This document shows, in pieces, positions 52,389 through 62,048 of a stretch of 64,000 nucleotides of DNA. Source of the stretch: an uncultured Candidatus Saccharibacteria bacterium (GTDB lineage: Bacteria; Patescibacteriota; Saccharimonadia; Saccharimonadales; JAUPVS01); the NCBI GenBank assembly GCA_964627095.1, contig CAZVKH010000004.1, positions 2,886-66,885 on the forward strand, read 5' to 3'. A model generated the notes under the pieces. That model saw only the letters and a program-made list of their open reading frames with translations. It made no database searches and was not told the DNA's origin. How positions within the stretch are numbered: position 1 is the stretch's first letter; the number at the start of each line of letters is the position of its first letter. A program made the position numbers and the translations under genes.

Positions 52389-52503
52389 TGTTGTTTGCTT
52401 ATTTTACAATATAACTAAACATCAGCCCCTAAGCGTCGCGGCATCTTGGACTTGAGAGTAGTAATGCTTGTGTATTGTCGTTTCACACCCTCATGCTACT
52501 GCA

Positions 52504-53301
52504 TTATCTGACAAAAATAAAGAGCGCCGCAAAGGCAAGACCATTTTTGAGCATGTGTAAGCCAATTGGCGCCCACAGGCGTCCTGTTTTTTGACGCAAG
52601 AAGATAAGTACTAATGACAAAATAAAAGTGTCGATGGCAGCCGACCATAACAGCGGCGCGCCACTGCCAAACTGCAAGTGGGCCATCGCAAAAATAAGAC
52701 TAGTGATAGTTGCGGCCGCAAATAGTGGCAACTTGGACTTAAGTCCCAAGAACAAGAAGCCGCGCGTCACTATTTCTTCGGTCACCGGCGGCAAAATTAC
52801 CAGGCTAGCAAACACCAATATTAGAGCAGCGCCCCGAGCCGACTCAAAACCAATCTGCTGTTGCTGATCAAGATCAATCTGTGGGAACCATTGCTTCATG
52901 ACTAAGCTTGAGATTATGACGATCGGAAAATACATACCAAAACCGATTAGGGCGTAAGCCGCATCAACCCACTGCGGCTTAGTTAGTCCTAGGGTTTTAA
53001 AACTGGCGCGATGGGTTTTAAGGAATATGGCCAGTAGGCCAAGTGTGGTGGCTTCGACAATTAATACATAAAAGAACTGCACGTTGGTTTGGTCGACCCA
53101 CTGTTCGATTTGGTCGGCCGTCCAACCCTTGCCGTTGGCGATACCCAAGATAATTAAACTGCCTAGGAACTGCGACAAAAAGTACATTATTACCGTAAAG
53201 GCCACCGCCATCAGTGGTCCCCACGTAATTGGTCGGCCGTCCGGCAGGTCAATTACGTGGTCGAGTTGCTGGTCGGCCTTGGGGGTTTTAACTTGCGGCA
53301 T
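52504..53301 (-). CDS. CPBP family intramembrane glutamic endopeptidase
   Basis: EEIVTRGF (EExxxR) and FAMAHL (FxxxH) motifs in a multi-TM protein. Confidence 0.75.
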   Translation of the reverse strand: MPQVKTPKADQQLDHVIDLPDGRPITWGPLMAVAFTVIMYFLSQFLGSLIILGIANGKGWTADQIEQWVDQTNVQFFYVLIVEATTLGLLAIFLKTHRASFKTLGLTKPQWVDAAYALIGFGMYFPIVIISSLVMKQWFPQIDLDQQQQIGFESARGAALILVFASLVILPPVTEEIVTRGFLFLGLKSKLPLFAAATITSLIFAMAHLQFGSGAPLLWSAAIDTFILSLVLIFLRQKTGRLWAPIGLHMLKNGLAFAALFIFVR

Positions 53302-54428
53302 TAAAAGTTCCGCCTTACATCAACAATTGTTATCAGCACAAACAATACCATTAGGGCTATAAACCCAATGCTGTTAATCATGTCTTCGCGCTCGGGAGTT
53401 AAGGGCTTTTTAATAAGTTTGTAGAATAATAGAGTGAAGAGCCTACCGCCATCGAGGGCCGGGATTGGTAGTATGTTCATGATGGCCAAAGTTAATGAGA
53501 TAACGGCAATTATCAGCAGGATGAACTGATAACCTAGCAAGCTACCGTCTTTGATAAGCACGAAGATGCCAACCGGACCGGATACTTGGGCACTAGCCTG
53601 ACCGGCATTACCCTGCACCAAGTTACTGACGGCACTACCTAACCCTTTTAGAGTAGCTTCGGTTAGCTGGACAATCAGGCCGGCCGCCACCACTGGCGCC
53701 GACCAAGTTGAGCGCTGTAAAACATACTCGGTTGGGCTAACGCCTAGGTAGCCCTTGGGCTCGTCAGTATTTTGGCTGGCGTCGACTTCTTGTTGCGAAC
53801 GCAACACGACAGTTTTTTGACTAGTCTGACCATTCCTAACTATTTCTACTTGGGCCGATTGGCCAGCAAACTGCTTGGTAGCAGTTGGCAGTTGATCTTG
53901 GCTAGTTATGGCTACGGCCGACTTGCCCGGAGCACTAATTGCCACTAGCTGGTCACGCTGTTCCAAACCAGCTTTAGCGGCCGGCGAATCAGGTTGAACA
54001 TAACCGACTAGCACTTGCTGCTTAACAACTTTGGTATCGCTGTCGATTGTAAATTGATTATCGATTAGCTTAGGCATACCCACTATGGCTAAGAAAGTAA
54101 AAATCACAAACGCCGTGGCCAGGTTCATGCCGACACCGGCTACCATAACTTTGACCTTGGCACTCAAGCTGGCGGCACCAAAACTGCCTTTGGCAGTATC
54201 GGCATCGTGTTCACCTTTTAGTTTCACAAAACCACCCAGCGGCAGCCAGTTTAGGCTATAAATTGTACCCTTCTTTTTTGCTAAGACTGCCGCCCGCGGC
54301 GGAAAGCCGACGCCAAACTCTTCAACCTCAATATCGTTACGCCGAGCGGCAATAAAGTGGCCAAACTCGTGCACCACCACCAAGCCAACAAATAATAGCA
54401 AACCAAGTATTAGTAAGAATAATGACAT
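53301..54428 (-). CDS. rseP: RIP metalloprotease RseP (site-2 protease)
   Basis: HEFGHFIAAR HExxH motif in TM1, a central PDZ domain and a C-terminal NILPIPALDGG. Confidence 0.85.
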   Translation of the reverse strand: MSLFLLILGLLLFVGLVVVHEFGHFIAARRNDIEVEEFGVGFPPRAAVLAKKKGTIYSLNWLPLGGFVKLKGEHDADTAKGSFGAASLSAKVKVMVAGVGMNLATAFVIFTFLAIVGMPKLIDNQFTIDSDTKVVKQQVLVGYVQPDSPAAKAGLEQRDQLVAISAPGKSAVAITSQDQLPTATKQFAGQSAQVEIVRNGQTSQKTVVLRSQQEVDASQNTDEPKGYLGVSPTEYVLQRSTWSAPVVAAGLIVQLTEATLKGLGSAVSNLVQGNAGQASAQVSGPVGIFVLIKDGSLLGYQFILLIIAVISLTLAIMNILPIPALDGGRLFTLLFYKLIKKPLTPEREDMINSIGFIALMVLFVLITIVDVRRNF

Positions 54429-55114
54429 TACTGACCGTACCTCCGTTGTCGCTGTTGATATTCAGTTAGGGCTTGATCAAGGTCGGCCTCGCTAAAATCG
54501 GGCCACAGGGTACTCGTAAAATACAGTTCGCTATAAGCCGCCCGCCACAGCATAAAGTTACTAAGGCGCTGCTCCCCGGATGTGCGAATAATAAGATCAA
54601 CCGCTGGCAGATCTGGTTCGTATAAGTTTGCCTGTAGACTTTGGATGGTTACGGGCTGTCTAGCCGCTACAGCCCGGTTGGCAGCATCGACAATTTCTTG
54701 CTGGCCGCCATAGTTAAAACAAATTGCCAGCGTTCCTTTGGTGTTGTCCTTGGTGGCTTGAACGGCGCGATCAATGGTTTGCAATATTTTGGCATCTAAG
54801 CCGTCGCGACTACCCAACATAACTAGTCGAATGCCAGCCTCATGAAAAGTCGTCAGATGTTTCTCGACACCCTTAACTACCAATCTCATCAGGTATGACA
54901 CTTCTTCTTGGGTGCGCTGCCAATTCTCGGTCGAAAAAATATAGGCCGATACTACTTTGATACCACGGTCAAAACTAGCTAGGGCAACGTTTTTAAAGGC
55001 CTCTAGGCCCTGTCTGTGACCTTCTAGCGCCGGCTTGGCATGCTGTTTAGCCCAGCGCCGGTTGCCGTCCAGAATATAGCCAATATGGTTTGGAACCGTT
55101 GCGGCCTCCGTCAT
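54428..55114 (-). CDS. uppS: isoprenyl transferase (undecaprenyl diphosphate synthase)
   Basis: GYILDGNRRWA and IRTSGEQRLSNFMLW motifs. Confidence 0.9.
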   Translation of the reverse strand: MTEAATVPNHIGYILDGNRRWAKQHAKPALEGHRQGLEAFKNVALASFDRGIKVVSAYIFSTENWQRTQEEVSYLMRLVVKGVEKHLTTFHEAGIRLVMLGSRDGLDAKILQTIDRAVQATKDNTKGTLAICFNYGGQQEIVDAANRAVAARQPVTIQSLQANLYEPDLPAVDLIIRTSGEQRLSNFMLWRAAYSELYFTSTLWPDFSEADLDQALTEYQQRQRRYGQ

Positions 55115-55126
55115 ATACCCTTCCCC

Positions 55127-55690
55127 TTAAACAGTCATGATTTCTTGTTCTTTGGCCTTGGCGGTGGCTTCGGCCTGGTTCTTAGCCTGGGTCATAGCTT
55201 CTTCGACTTGCTGCCCAAGGCGCTTAGCCTCATCTTCGCTAATGTCTTTGTCTTTCTTGGCTTCGGCCAACGTATCCAACGCTTCGTGCCGGGTACCGCG
55301 CATGGCGATCATGCAGTCTTCGAGCTTGGCTCCAACCTGCTTGGTTATATCACGGCGACGTTCTTCGTTTAATGGCGGAATTGGAATGCGCACCACACGG
55401 CCATCATCACTAGGGTTCAAGCCCATGCTTTGATTATCACGAATAGCCGCCGAAATGGCTTCGATGTTACTGGGGTCAAACGGGGTAATCTGCAGCAACT
55501 GAGCCTCGGGCGCACTAACACTAGCCACCTGGTTAAGCGGCATCGGCGTACCGTAAGCCGTCACCATCAAACCATCAAGCATGCCGGCATGGGCGCGACC
55601 AGTCCGCAGTTTTTTTAACTCTTCTTCGTAGTGAGTAATAGTATTAGCGAACTTGGTTTTGGCTTGGTCAACGACTTGTGTTGGGCTCAA
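55127..55690 (-). CDS. frr: ribosome recycling factor
   Basis: LRTGRAHAGMLD and PIPPLNEERRRD motifs. TTG start with a GGGAG SD 6 nt upstream. Confidence 0.9.
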   Translation of the reverse strand: MSPTQVVDQAKTKFANTITHYEEELKKLRTGRAHAGMLDGLMVTAYGTPMPLNQVASVSAPEAQLLQITPFDPSNIEAISAAIRDNQSMGLNPSDDGRVVRIPIPPLNEERRRDITKQVGAKLEDCMIAMRGTRHEALDTLAEAKKDKDISEDEAKRLGQQVEEAMTQAKNQAEATAKAKEQEIMTV

Positions 55691-55755
55691 TGTTATCTCC
55701 CGTTAATTAGGTAGTCTTATTGTAGTACAAACAGCCGCCGAAAGTATAGGGCTCG

Positions 55756-56244
55756 CTACTCGGGTACGACCGAAATTCCCTGTCTGGAAATGTCGGTTAC
55801 CCACACATTCGGGTAAGCCGTCGACGGATCTAGCGCTATCAACATGTGTTCGGGTGCCACACCAAAGGTACTTTGCTCAATCGAATCTTCATCAATACCA
55901 CACTGTCTCATACTTTTACTAAGAATTTGCGAGCCAATACAAACTTCGGTACCGGGTCGGACTGGTCGTAACTCGTAACTATCAAACTGCTCAATCTGGG
56001 GCTTCCATGGCTCAACATCGCTACCCACCAGGGCTGTTTTGTTATCGAACTCTTGCATAAAGACGCTTAGGTGTAGCCGACCTAGCGTGCGGCTGGTCCG
56101 CAATCGAGCACTAGCATCAACACAAACTTCAGTCTGGCCTAGTCTAAAGGTTCGACCGTATTCCTGTCGGCCGGTAACATTATCGATTCTCGACACCAGA
56201 CCTACTCTGTGTCGATGCTGTTGTGGCAAGACAAGATTTCCCAT
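55756..56244 (-). CDS. hypothetical protein occupying the usual pyrH slot
   Basis: 162-aa ORF between tsf and frr with no UMP kinase motifs. There is only a weak, unconvincing FHA-like pattern (GQTEVCVD..GRLHLSV..VTDISRQG). Confidence 0.4.
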   Translation of the reverse strand: MGNLVLPQQHRHRVGLVSRIDNVTGRQEYGRTFRLGQTEVCVDASARLRTSRTLGRLHLSVFMQEFDNKTALVGSDVEPWKPQIEQFDSYELRPVRPGTEVCIGSQILSKSMRQCGIDEDSIEQSTFGVAPEHMLIALDPSTAYPNVWVTDISRQGISVVPE

Positions 56245-56258
56245 ATTTCTTTACTTGG

Positions 56259-56855
56259 TTAGGCGACTTCGCCCAAAGCGATGCGGCTAAAGCGGCGCAC
56301 CACAACATTTTCGCCCAGCTTGGCGGCGTTTTCTTTAACGTATTCACCAACTGTTAGATCAGGATTCTTAACGAATGGCTGGTCGAGCAAACAACGCTCG
56401 GCAAAGTACTTGGCCAACATGCCGTCGACAATTTTGTCGAGCATATTTTCGGGCTTGCCTTCGGCCTTGGCCTTATCAGCAAATTCGGCGGCAACCTTAG
56501 CGCGTTCGTCAGCTGGAACATCTTCGACCGAAACATACAATGGAGATGAGGCCGCAATATGCATGGCGACATCTTTAACAAAGTTCACAAACACGTCGTT
56601 GCGGGCCACAAAGTCGGTTTCGCAGTTTACTTCTACCAACACACCAATGCGATTGTCATGATTATAAGTACCGACGATGCCGGCGCGAGCTTCGCGTTCA
56701 CCACGCTTTTCGGCCTTGGTTAGACCCTTCTTGCGCATGGCGGCGAGAGCTTTGTCAAAGTCGCCGTTGGCTTCTTCTAAAGCCTTCTTAGCATCGGTTA
56801 GGCCAACGCCAGTTAGGTCTTTAAGTCGTTTTACTTCTTCGATTTTTACTGCCAT
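56259..56855 (-). CDS. tsf: elongation factor Ts (short form)
   Basis: UBA-like N-terminus VKRLKDLTGVGLTDAKKALEE. 198 aa, directly after rpsB. Confidence 0.85.
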   Translation of the reverse strand: MAVKIEEVKRLKDLTGVGLTDAKKALEEANGDFDKALAAMRKKGLTKAEKRGEREARAGIVGTYNHDNRIGVLVEVNCETDFVARNDVFVNFVKDVAMHIAASSPLYVSVEDVPADERAKVAAEFADKAKAEGKPENMLDKIVDGMLAKYFAERCLLDQPFVKNPDLTVGEYVKENAAKLGENVVVRRFSRIALGEVA

Positions 56856-57589
56856 TACTTGGTCTCCGTTTCGTCTTTATCCTTGTCGTCGACTGGCTTA
56901 GCCTTAGCTTTGCCGGCCTTGATAGCGGCTACTACGTAGTCGGTAATCAGCTGGATGGTTTTGAGGGCATCGTCGTTGGCTGGGATTGGATAATCGATTA
57001 GGCTGGGGTCAGTGTTAGTATCGACCACGGCCACGATTGGGATACCAAGTTTGCGAGCTTCGCGAACGGCGTTAACTTCTTCATTAATATCAATGATGAA
57101 GATGGCGCCGGGCTTGGCGTTGAGGTCTTTGATACCACTGTAGTTGTGGTTCATGTCATCGATTTCTTCTTGGAAACGTTGGACTTCGAGCTTGTTGTAC
57201 TTAGCTTCGAGCTGACCAGATTCCATTTTGGCTTCGAGGTCTTTGAGGTGCTTGATGCGGCCACCAATGGTTGCCTTGTTAGTGAGCATACCGCCAACCC
57301 AACGTTCGGTGACGTAAGGCATGTTAGTTTCAACGGCAGCGGCCTTAAGAATGTCCTTAGCCTGACGCTTAGTACCAGCAAAGATGATCTGCTTACCGTC
57401 TTGAGCAACGCGTTGCAAGAAACCTAGGGCGGTATCGAGTTCTTCGACCGTCTTGGTTAGGTCAATGATGTGGCTGCCGTTACGCTTGCTGTGAATGTAT
57501 GGCGCCATTTTAGGGTGCCACCGACTGCTTTTGTGACCAAAATGGGCACCAGCTTCTAATAGTTTTTTAATGTCTACATCTGTAGCCAT
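56855..57589 (-). CDS. rpsB: 30S ribosomal protein S2
   Basis: LLEAGAHFGHKSSRWHPKM and RWVGGMLTN motifs. Confidence 0.95.
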   Translation of the reverse strand: MATDVDIKKLLEAGAHFGHKSSRWHPKMAPYIHSKRNGSHIIDLTKTVEELDTALGFLQRVAQDGKQIIFAGTKRQAKDILKAAAVETNMPYVTERWVGGMLTNKATIGGRIKHLKDLEAKMESGQLEAKYNKLEVQRFQEEIDDMNHNYSGIKDLNAKPGAIFIIDINEEVNAVREARKLGIPIVAVVDTNTDPSLIDYPIPANDDALKTIQLITDYVVAAIKAGKAKAKPVDDKDKDETETK

Positions 57590-57710
57590 GATTTACTCCT
57601 GCTTTCTTGATCCTTGACCTTCGTTTGGGTGCCGCTGTTCGCCTTGGAGAGACTTACTTTGGAGGATCTAATCCCAAACTGCTTTAATTTATTACTCAGT
57701 TATTGTAACA
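57590..57710 (-). promoter_or_regulatory. rpsB promoter (TGTTACAAT) and ~110-nt structured 5' leader
   Basis: Extended -10 at 57710..57702. The leader contains GUUUGGG (57679..57673) pairing with CCCAAAC (57629..57623). AGGAG SD 8 nt before ATG 57589. Confidence 0.5.
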
Positions 57711-57747
57711 GATGTGAAGCAGTTTGCCAACTCCCCCGTTTCACCTC

Positions 57748-57776
57748 TTGACCAAAAGCTAACAGATGTGTATAAT
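57748..57776 (+). promoter_or_regulatory. promoter TTGACC-N17-TATAAT for rpmE
   Basis: TTGACC at 57748-57753 and TATAAT at 57771-57776. The ATG is 12 nt downstream. Confidence 0.65.
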
Positions 57777-57788
57777 TGCCACCTGACT

Positions 57789-58157
57789 ATGAAAAAAGAT
57801 TTACACCCTACCAATTACCGCCCGGTCGTCTTTGAGGACCTTAATAACGGTACCCGCTATTTGACCCGTTCAACCGTTGATGCCGAAGAAAACGTCACCA
57901 TTGATGGCGTCGAATACCCCTTGGTAAAGGTACACATTAGCAGCAGCTCACACCCCTTCTTTACTGGCGAAGAGCGCATTGTTGACATCGAAGGCCGCGT
58001 TGACAAGTTTAAGGCCCGCCGCGAAGCTGCTCAAAAAGCTTTGGACGCTCGCAAAAAAGCCGCCGGTAAGGTTCGCGTTCGTAAGTCTGACGACGAAGAC
58101 GAAGCTGTTGACGAAGTCGCCACCAAGAAACCCGAACCTGCTACCGCTGACAAATAA
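57789..58157 (+). CDS. rpmE: 50S ribosomal protein L31, type B (no Cys motif) with charged C-terminal extension
   Basis: MKKDLHPTNYRPVVF...SSSHPFFTG. Start set at ATG 57789, downstream of a TTGACC-N17-TATAAT promoter. The last ~40 aa are a K/E/D/A-rich extension. Confidence 0.8.
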   Translation: MKKDLHPTNYRPVVFEDLNNGTRYLTRSTVDAEENVTIDGVEYPLVKVHISSSSHPFFTGEERIVDIEGRVDKFKARREAAQKALDARKKAAGKVRVRKSDDEDEAVDEVATKKPEPATADK

Positions 58158-58172
58158 CTAAGTTAACCCATA

Positions 58173-58208
58173 AAGCCGCCTTTTCACTTGAACTAGGCGG
58201 TTTTTGTA
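58173..58208 (+). terminator. rho-independent terminator after rpmE
   Basis: AAGCCGCCU...AGGCGGUUU stem (core at 58176-58181 and 58195-58200) followed by a TTTTT run at 58201-58205. Confidence 0.75.
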
Positions 58209-58225
58209 TATACTAAAGGATAACT

Positions 58226-59284
58226 ATGGAAGAAAAAGAAGCCAGTCTCCGCCAAGAACACCAGGAACTGCAAGCCAAGCTGCAGGACCCGGCAATTTTT
58301 AGCGCGCCCGAATACCCCAAGCTGGCCCGTCGCCAGAGTCAGCTCGATAACCTGCTTGAACTGTTCGACCGCCGAGCGGTCGCCCTAAAGGCCCAGGCAT
58401 CTTCTAAAGAAATGGCAGCTGGTTCCGACGCCGAACTGGCTGACATGGCACGGGCCGAGCTAGACGAGCTCGAAGCCACCTTGACTGAAATTAACAGCGC
58501 GCTAGACGAAGCCCTCACCCCTAAAGATCCTAACGACGAACGCGATTGTATCATCGAAATTCGCGGTGCTGCCGGTGGCGACGAATCCAGCCTATTTGCC
58601 GGTGAACTGTACCGCATGTACGCCCGTTTGGCCGAACGCCGTGGCTATAAAATTGAGCTGCTAAACGAAAGCCCCAACGAAGTCGGTGGTTTTAAAGAAG
58701 TTGTCTTCGCCGTACGCGGGCTCGAAGCCTATCGCACTTTTAAATTCGAAGCCGGTGTCCACCGCGTCCAACGTGTTCCCGCCACCGAAAGCCAAGGCCG
58801 CATCCACACTTCTACCGTAACCGTGGCAGTGTTGCCCGAGGCCGAAGAATCGGATATCGAAATCAACCCTAGCGATCTACGTATTGATGTCTACCGCTCC
58901 GGGGGTCACGGTGGCCAGTCGGTTAACACCACCGACTCGGCGGTGCGCATTACCCACCTACCCTCTGGCTTAGTAGTTTCTAACCAAGACGAAAAGTCGC
59001 AGATTAAGAACAAGGCCAAGGCCATGAGCGTCCTGCGCTCCCGCCTGTTACAACTTAAGATCGACGAAGAGCAGAAAGAGCTATCTGACGCCCGTAAAAA
59101 ACTAATCGGCTCCGGTGACCGTTCCGAAAAGATTCGCACCTATAACTTCCCACAGGACCGCATTACCGACCATCGCATCAACTACAGCCGCAGCAACATA
59201 CCGGTGGCGCTGAACGGTGAAATCGACGACCTGGTCGAGCACCTGCAGGCCTACGAGCGTGAACTGATCAGTCATGACAGTTAA
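58226..59284 (+). CDS. prfA: peptide chain release factor 1
   Basis: PxT motif ([14 protein letters not shown]) and GGQ motif ([19 protein letters not shown]). Confidence 0.95.
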   Translation: MEEKEASLRQEHQELQAKLQDPAIFSAPEYPKLARRQSQLDNLLELFDRRAVALKAQASSKEMAAGSDAELADMARAELDELEATLTEINSALDEALTPKDPNDERDCIIEIRGAAGGDESSLFAGELYRMYARLAERRGYKIELLNESPNEVGGFKEVVFAVRGLEAYRTFKFEAGVHRVQRVPATESQGRIHTSTVTVAVLPEAEESDIEINPSDLRIDVYRSGGHGGQSVNTTDSAVRITHLPSGLVVSNQDEKSQIKNKAKAMSVLRSRLLQLKIDEEQKELSDARKKLIGSGDRSEKIRTYNFPQDRITDHRINYSRSNIPVALNGEIDDLVEHLQAYERELISHDS

Positions 59285-60071
59285 CGACTGGCTGCAGCAA
59301 ACCACCCAGCAACTAGATCAAGCCGGTATTGGCACCGCCCGCTTAGACGCATTGGTGCTACTAGGTGACCTACTGAATAAGAATAGTGCTCAACTGCTTG
59401 CCGAACCTAGCACCCAACTGACCCCTGAACAACTAAAGGAGTTGGCCGGTCGAGTTATCCGCCGCGCCCAACATGAGCCGCTGGCCTACATCCGTCAGAA
59501 ATGCGAGTTCTATGGCCGTGAATTTGTGATATCGGCGGCTGTTTTGGTACCCCGACCGGAGTCCGAGACTATGATTGAACTACTCTTAAAACTACCCGTT
59601 CAACACCAAAAAGCCGTCGTTGATGTTGGCACCGGTTCAGGAGCATTGGCCATCACTGCCGCTTGTGAACTGCATGAAATACAGGTAATTGCCACCGATA
59701 TTGATCCCAACTGTCTAAAAGTAGCCCGCCAAAATTGCCAGAAGCACCAAGCCACGGTTGACCTGAAACAAACTAATCTGTTAGAAGGTGTGAAACTCCC
59801 CAAGGAAGCCACTATACTGGCTAACCTCCCTTATGTGCCCGCTGACCACACCATTAACCGGGCGGCCTTGCACGAGCCGCCCCGAGCCATATTCGGTGGT
59901 GCTGACGGCTTAGATCTTTACCGCGAGCTATTCGAACAGCTAAAAGGCCATTCTGGCTACGTACTAACCGAGACACTGCCTTTCCAGCATACAGACCTAA
60001 CAGAGATTGCCAGGCAACACGGCTACAAGCTACAAACTAGCAACGACTTCATCCAAGTATTCTTGGCTTAG
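59274..60071 (+). CDS. prmC: release factor glutamine N5-methyltransferase PrmC
   Basis: SAM motif VDVGTGSGA and substrate motif NLPYV (an NPPY variant). It overlaps the prfA stop. Confidence 0.85.
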   Translation: MTVNDWLQQTTQQLDQAGIGTARLDALVLLGDLLNKNSAQLLAEPSTQLTPEQLKELAGRVIRRAQHEPLAYIRQKCEFYGREFVISAAVLVPRPESETMIELLLKLPVQHQKAVVDVGTGSGALAITAACELHEIQVIATDIDPNCLKVARQNCQKHQATVDLKQTNLLEGVKLPKEATILANLPYVPADHTINRAALHEPPRAIFGGADGLDLYRELFEQLKGHSGYVLTETLPFQHTDLTEIARQHGYKLQTSNDFIQVFLA

Positions 60072-61249
60072 CTTTGCGGCGCGGCGGCCAAAGTAACACT
60101 TATATCCTGTGTTTTACCGTCGCGGATAACTGTTAATGTTACCTTTTCATCGACCGACAGACGTCCTAGCACCGTCGACAGGCTGTTATTTTCGTCGATT
60201 GGCTTGCCATTAACCTTAGTGATGATGTCACCTGGTTTAATGCCGGCACTAGCAGCCGGGCTACCGGCCACCACAGAGTCGGCACTGTCGAGCACAAAGG
60301 CTCCGCGTTTAGTGGGTAGGTTCTTGGTAGCGGCATAGTCATCAGTAATCGATATGTAACGCACACCTAGGTACGGACGCTCCAGCTTACCCTTGGCCAA
60401 GACGCTTTTAATCATACTGGTAACATCATTAATTGGAATCGAGAAGCCGATATTCTGAGCATCGCCCGCCACCGCTGTGTTAATGCCAATCACTTCGCCG
60501 TTAATATTAACCAATGGGCCACCAGAGTTGCCTTGGTTGATAGCAGCATCGGTCTGGAACAGATCTTGCAACTGTTCGGTGACGCCACTGCCCGAGCTAT
60601 CACCGGCTTCGACATCACGACCATAGCCCGAGATAATTCCCGATGTCACGGTGTTCTGGAACTGCCCCAGGGCATTACCAATCGCTACAACCTTATCGCC
60701 GACCTGCATCTTAGATGAGTCGCCCAGCTTGGCCGGAGTAAGTGTCTTACCTTGTTTGTCATTAACTTTTAAGAAAGCAATGTCCAGCGAGTCACTATCG
60801 TTGGTGCGACCGATGACCGAAACATTGGTTAACTTGGTGCCGTCCGACAGTACCACGTTAACCTTGGTAGTCCCAGCTGGTACAACGTGACGGTTGGTAA
60901 CAATTACACCGTCGGCACTAACAATAAAGCCGGTGCCAGCGCTTTCGGCTTCGCCGGCAGAACGGCCAAAATAATTATCCTCGGCGGTAGCGGCGGCTGA
61001 GCTGGTAACATTAACCGATACAACGCTCGGCCCCACATCTTTAGCAATTTGGCTAATCAAGTTACTTTCCGAAGAAATGACTTGCTTTTGCGTAGACGTA
61101 CTTAAGGTTCCACCATTGCGGTTTTGTATCCAACTACCGGTGTAGCCGGCCGCTAAACTGGCCATCAAAAATACACCCGCGCCCAATAATCCAAGACCCC
61201 GCCGCGACGGGCGCCAAGAGCGTTTTGGCTTAACTGTTTCTTCGTTCAC
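60068..61249 (-). CDS. HtrA/DegP-like serine protease with PDZ domain
   Basis: N-terminal TM and a trypsin fold with TNRHV (His) and GNSGGPL (Ser), plus a C-terminal PDZ. Confidence 0.85.
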   Translation of the reverse strand: MNEETVKPKRSWRPSRRGLGLLGAGVFLMASLAAGYTGSWIQNRNGGTLSTSTQKQVISSESNLISQIAKDVGPSVVSVNVTSSAAATAEDNYFGRSAGEAESAGTGFIVSADGVIVTNRHVVPAGTTKVNVVLSDGTKLTNVSVIGRTNDSDSLDIAFLKVNDKQGKTLTPAKLGDSSKMQVGDKVVAIGNALGQFQNTVTSGIISGYGRDVEAGDSSGSGVTEQLQDLFQTDAAINQGNSGGPLVNINGEVIGINTAVAGDAQNIGFSIPINDVTSMIKSVLAKGKLERPYLGVRYISITDDYAATKNLPTKRGAFVLDSADSVVAGSPAASAGIKPGDIITKVNGKPIDENNSLSTVLGRLSVDEKVTLTVIRDGKTQDISVTLAAAPQS

Positions 61250-61277
61250 TACGCACCCCTCTTTACCCTAGTTTGTT

Positions 61278-62039
61278 CTAAACAGTTTTATCACCCCAGT
61301 CTGAGAAAACAATGAGGATAACTACAATCGCCATCATAATAAACAGAATTTGCCGCTGGAAAAAGGTCGATAACCGATCGGTTTCGTGTAAGTAGTATAA
61401 GGTTGCCAAGCCAAAGCCGATTACCGATATCAGTAACGTGGGTTGCGCGATTGGGCCATAAAACAGTAGCCAGTGGCTCAATATCCAAACTAAAGCGGCG
61501 CCGAAGTAACCCCACAGGTAAGAAAAGAATCGAGTTTGTGGCTCATCAAAACTGGCCAAAAAGTGGCGCGCTGCTAGGTAGCAGATTGCCCAGCTGGCAA
61601 CGATCAAGCCCAGAGCGTTCATATCACCATAACGTAAGAATAAGGCGGTCATGCCAACAAACTGACCAATTAGTGCCTGGGCCGATACCGATATAACCTG
61701 CGAGCCGGGCTTAATAAATAACAACCAGATTGCATAGACGGCCGCCCAGATCAGTTGAAACAGTTGTGAGTCGGCCTGCACCATAAAGACCAGCAAGGAA
61801 ACACCGACGATGATGTCAATGGCATTAGCCCTTATATTAGCTGGCCAGTGGCGCGGCTTGACCGCCCACATTCGCCATTTGCTAAGCAGAATGAGCAATA
61901 ACGCCAATTGGGCAAAATGAATCCGCACCAAAATATACACCAGAATTGGCAAAAGTAACGTTAATAATAAGTGGAGCGCATGTGCCACGCCATTTTTGGG
62001 ACGAATTTTCTTAAACCGTTTAGTTGGCAACTTGGCCAT
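61278..62039 (-). CDS. hypothetical polytopic membrane protein
   Basis: About 8 TM helices and no known motif. It lies between the LCP and HtrA genes. Confidence 0.45.
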   Translation of the reverse strand: MAKLPTKRFKKIRPKNGVAHALHLLLTLLLPILVYILVRIHFAQLALLLILLSKWRMWAVKPRHWPANIRANAIDIIVGVSLLVFMVQADSQLFQLIWAAVYAIWLLFIKPGSQVISVSAQALIGQFVGMTALFLRYGDMNALGLIVASWAICYLAARHFLASFDEPQTRFFSYLWGYFGAALVWILSHWLLFYGPIAQPTLLISVIGFGLATLYYLHETDRLSTFFQRQILFIMMAIVVILIVFSDWGDKTV

Positions 62040-62048
62040 AAGTTCTAT

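Noticed and set aside
52347-52503. T-box riboswitch upstream of proS
   Set aside because: The leader is too short. It lacks the conserved T-box sequence (AGGGTGGTACCGCG-like) and has no specifier-loop architecture.
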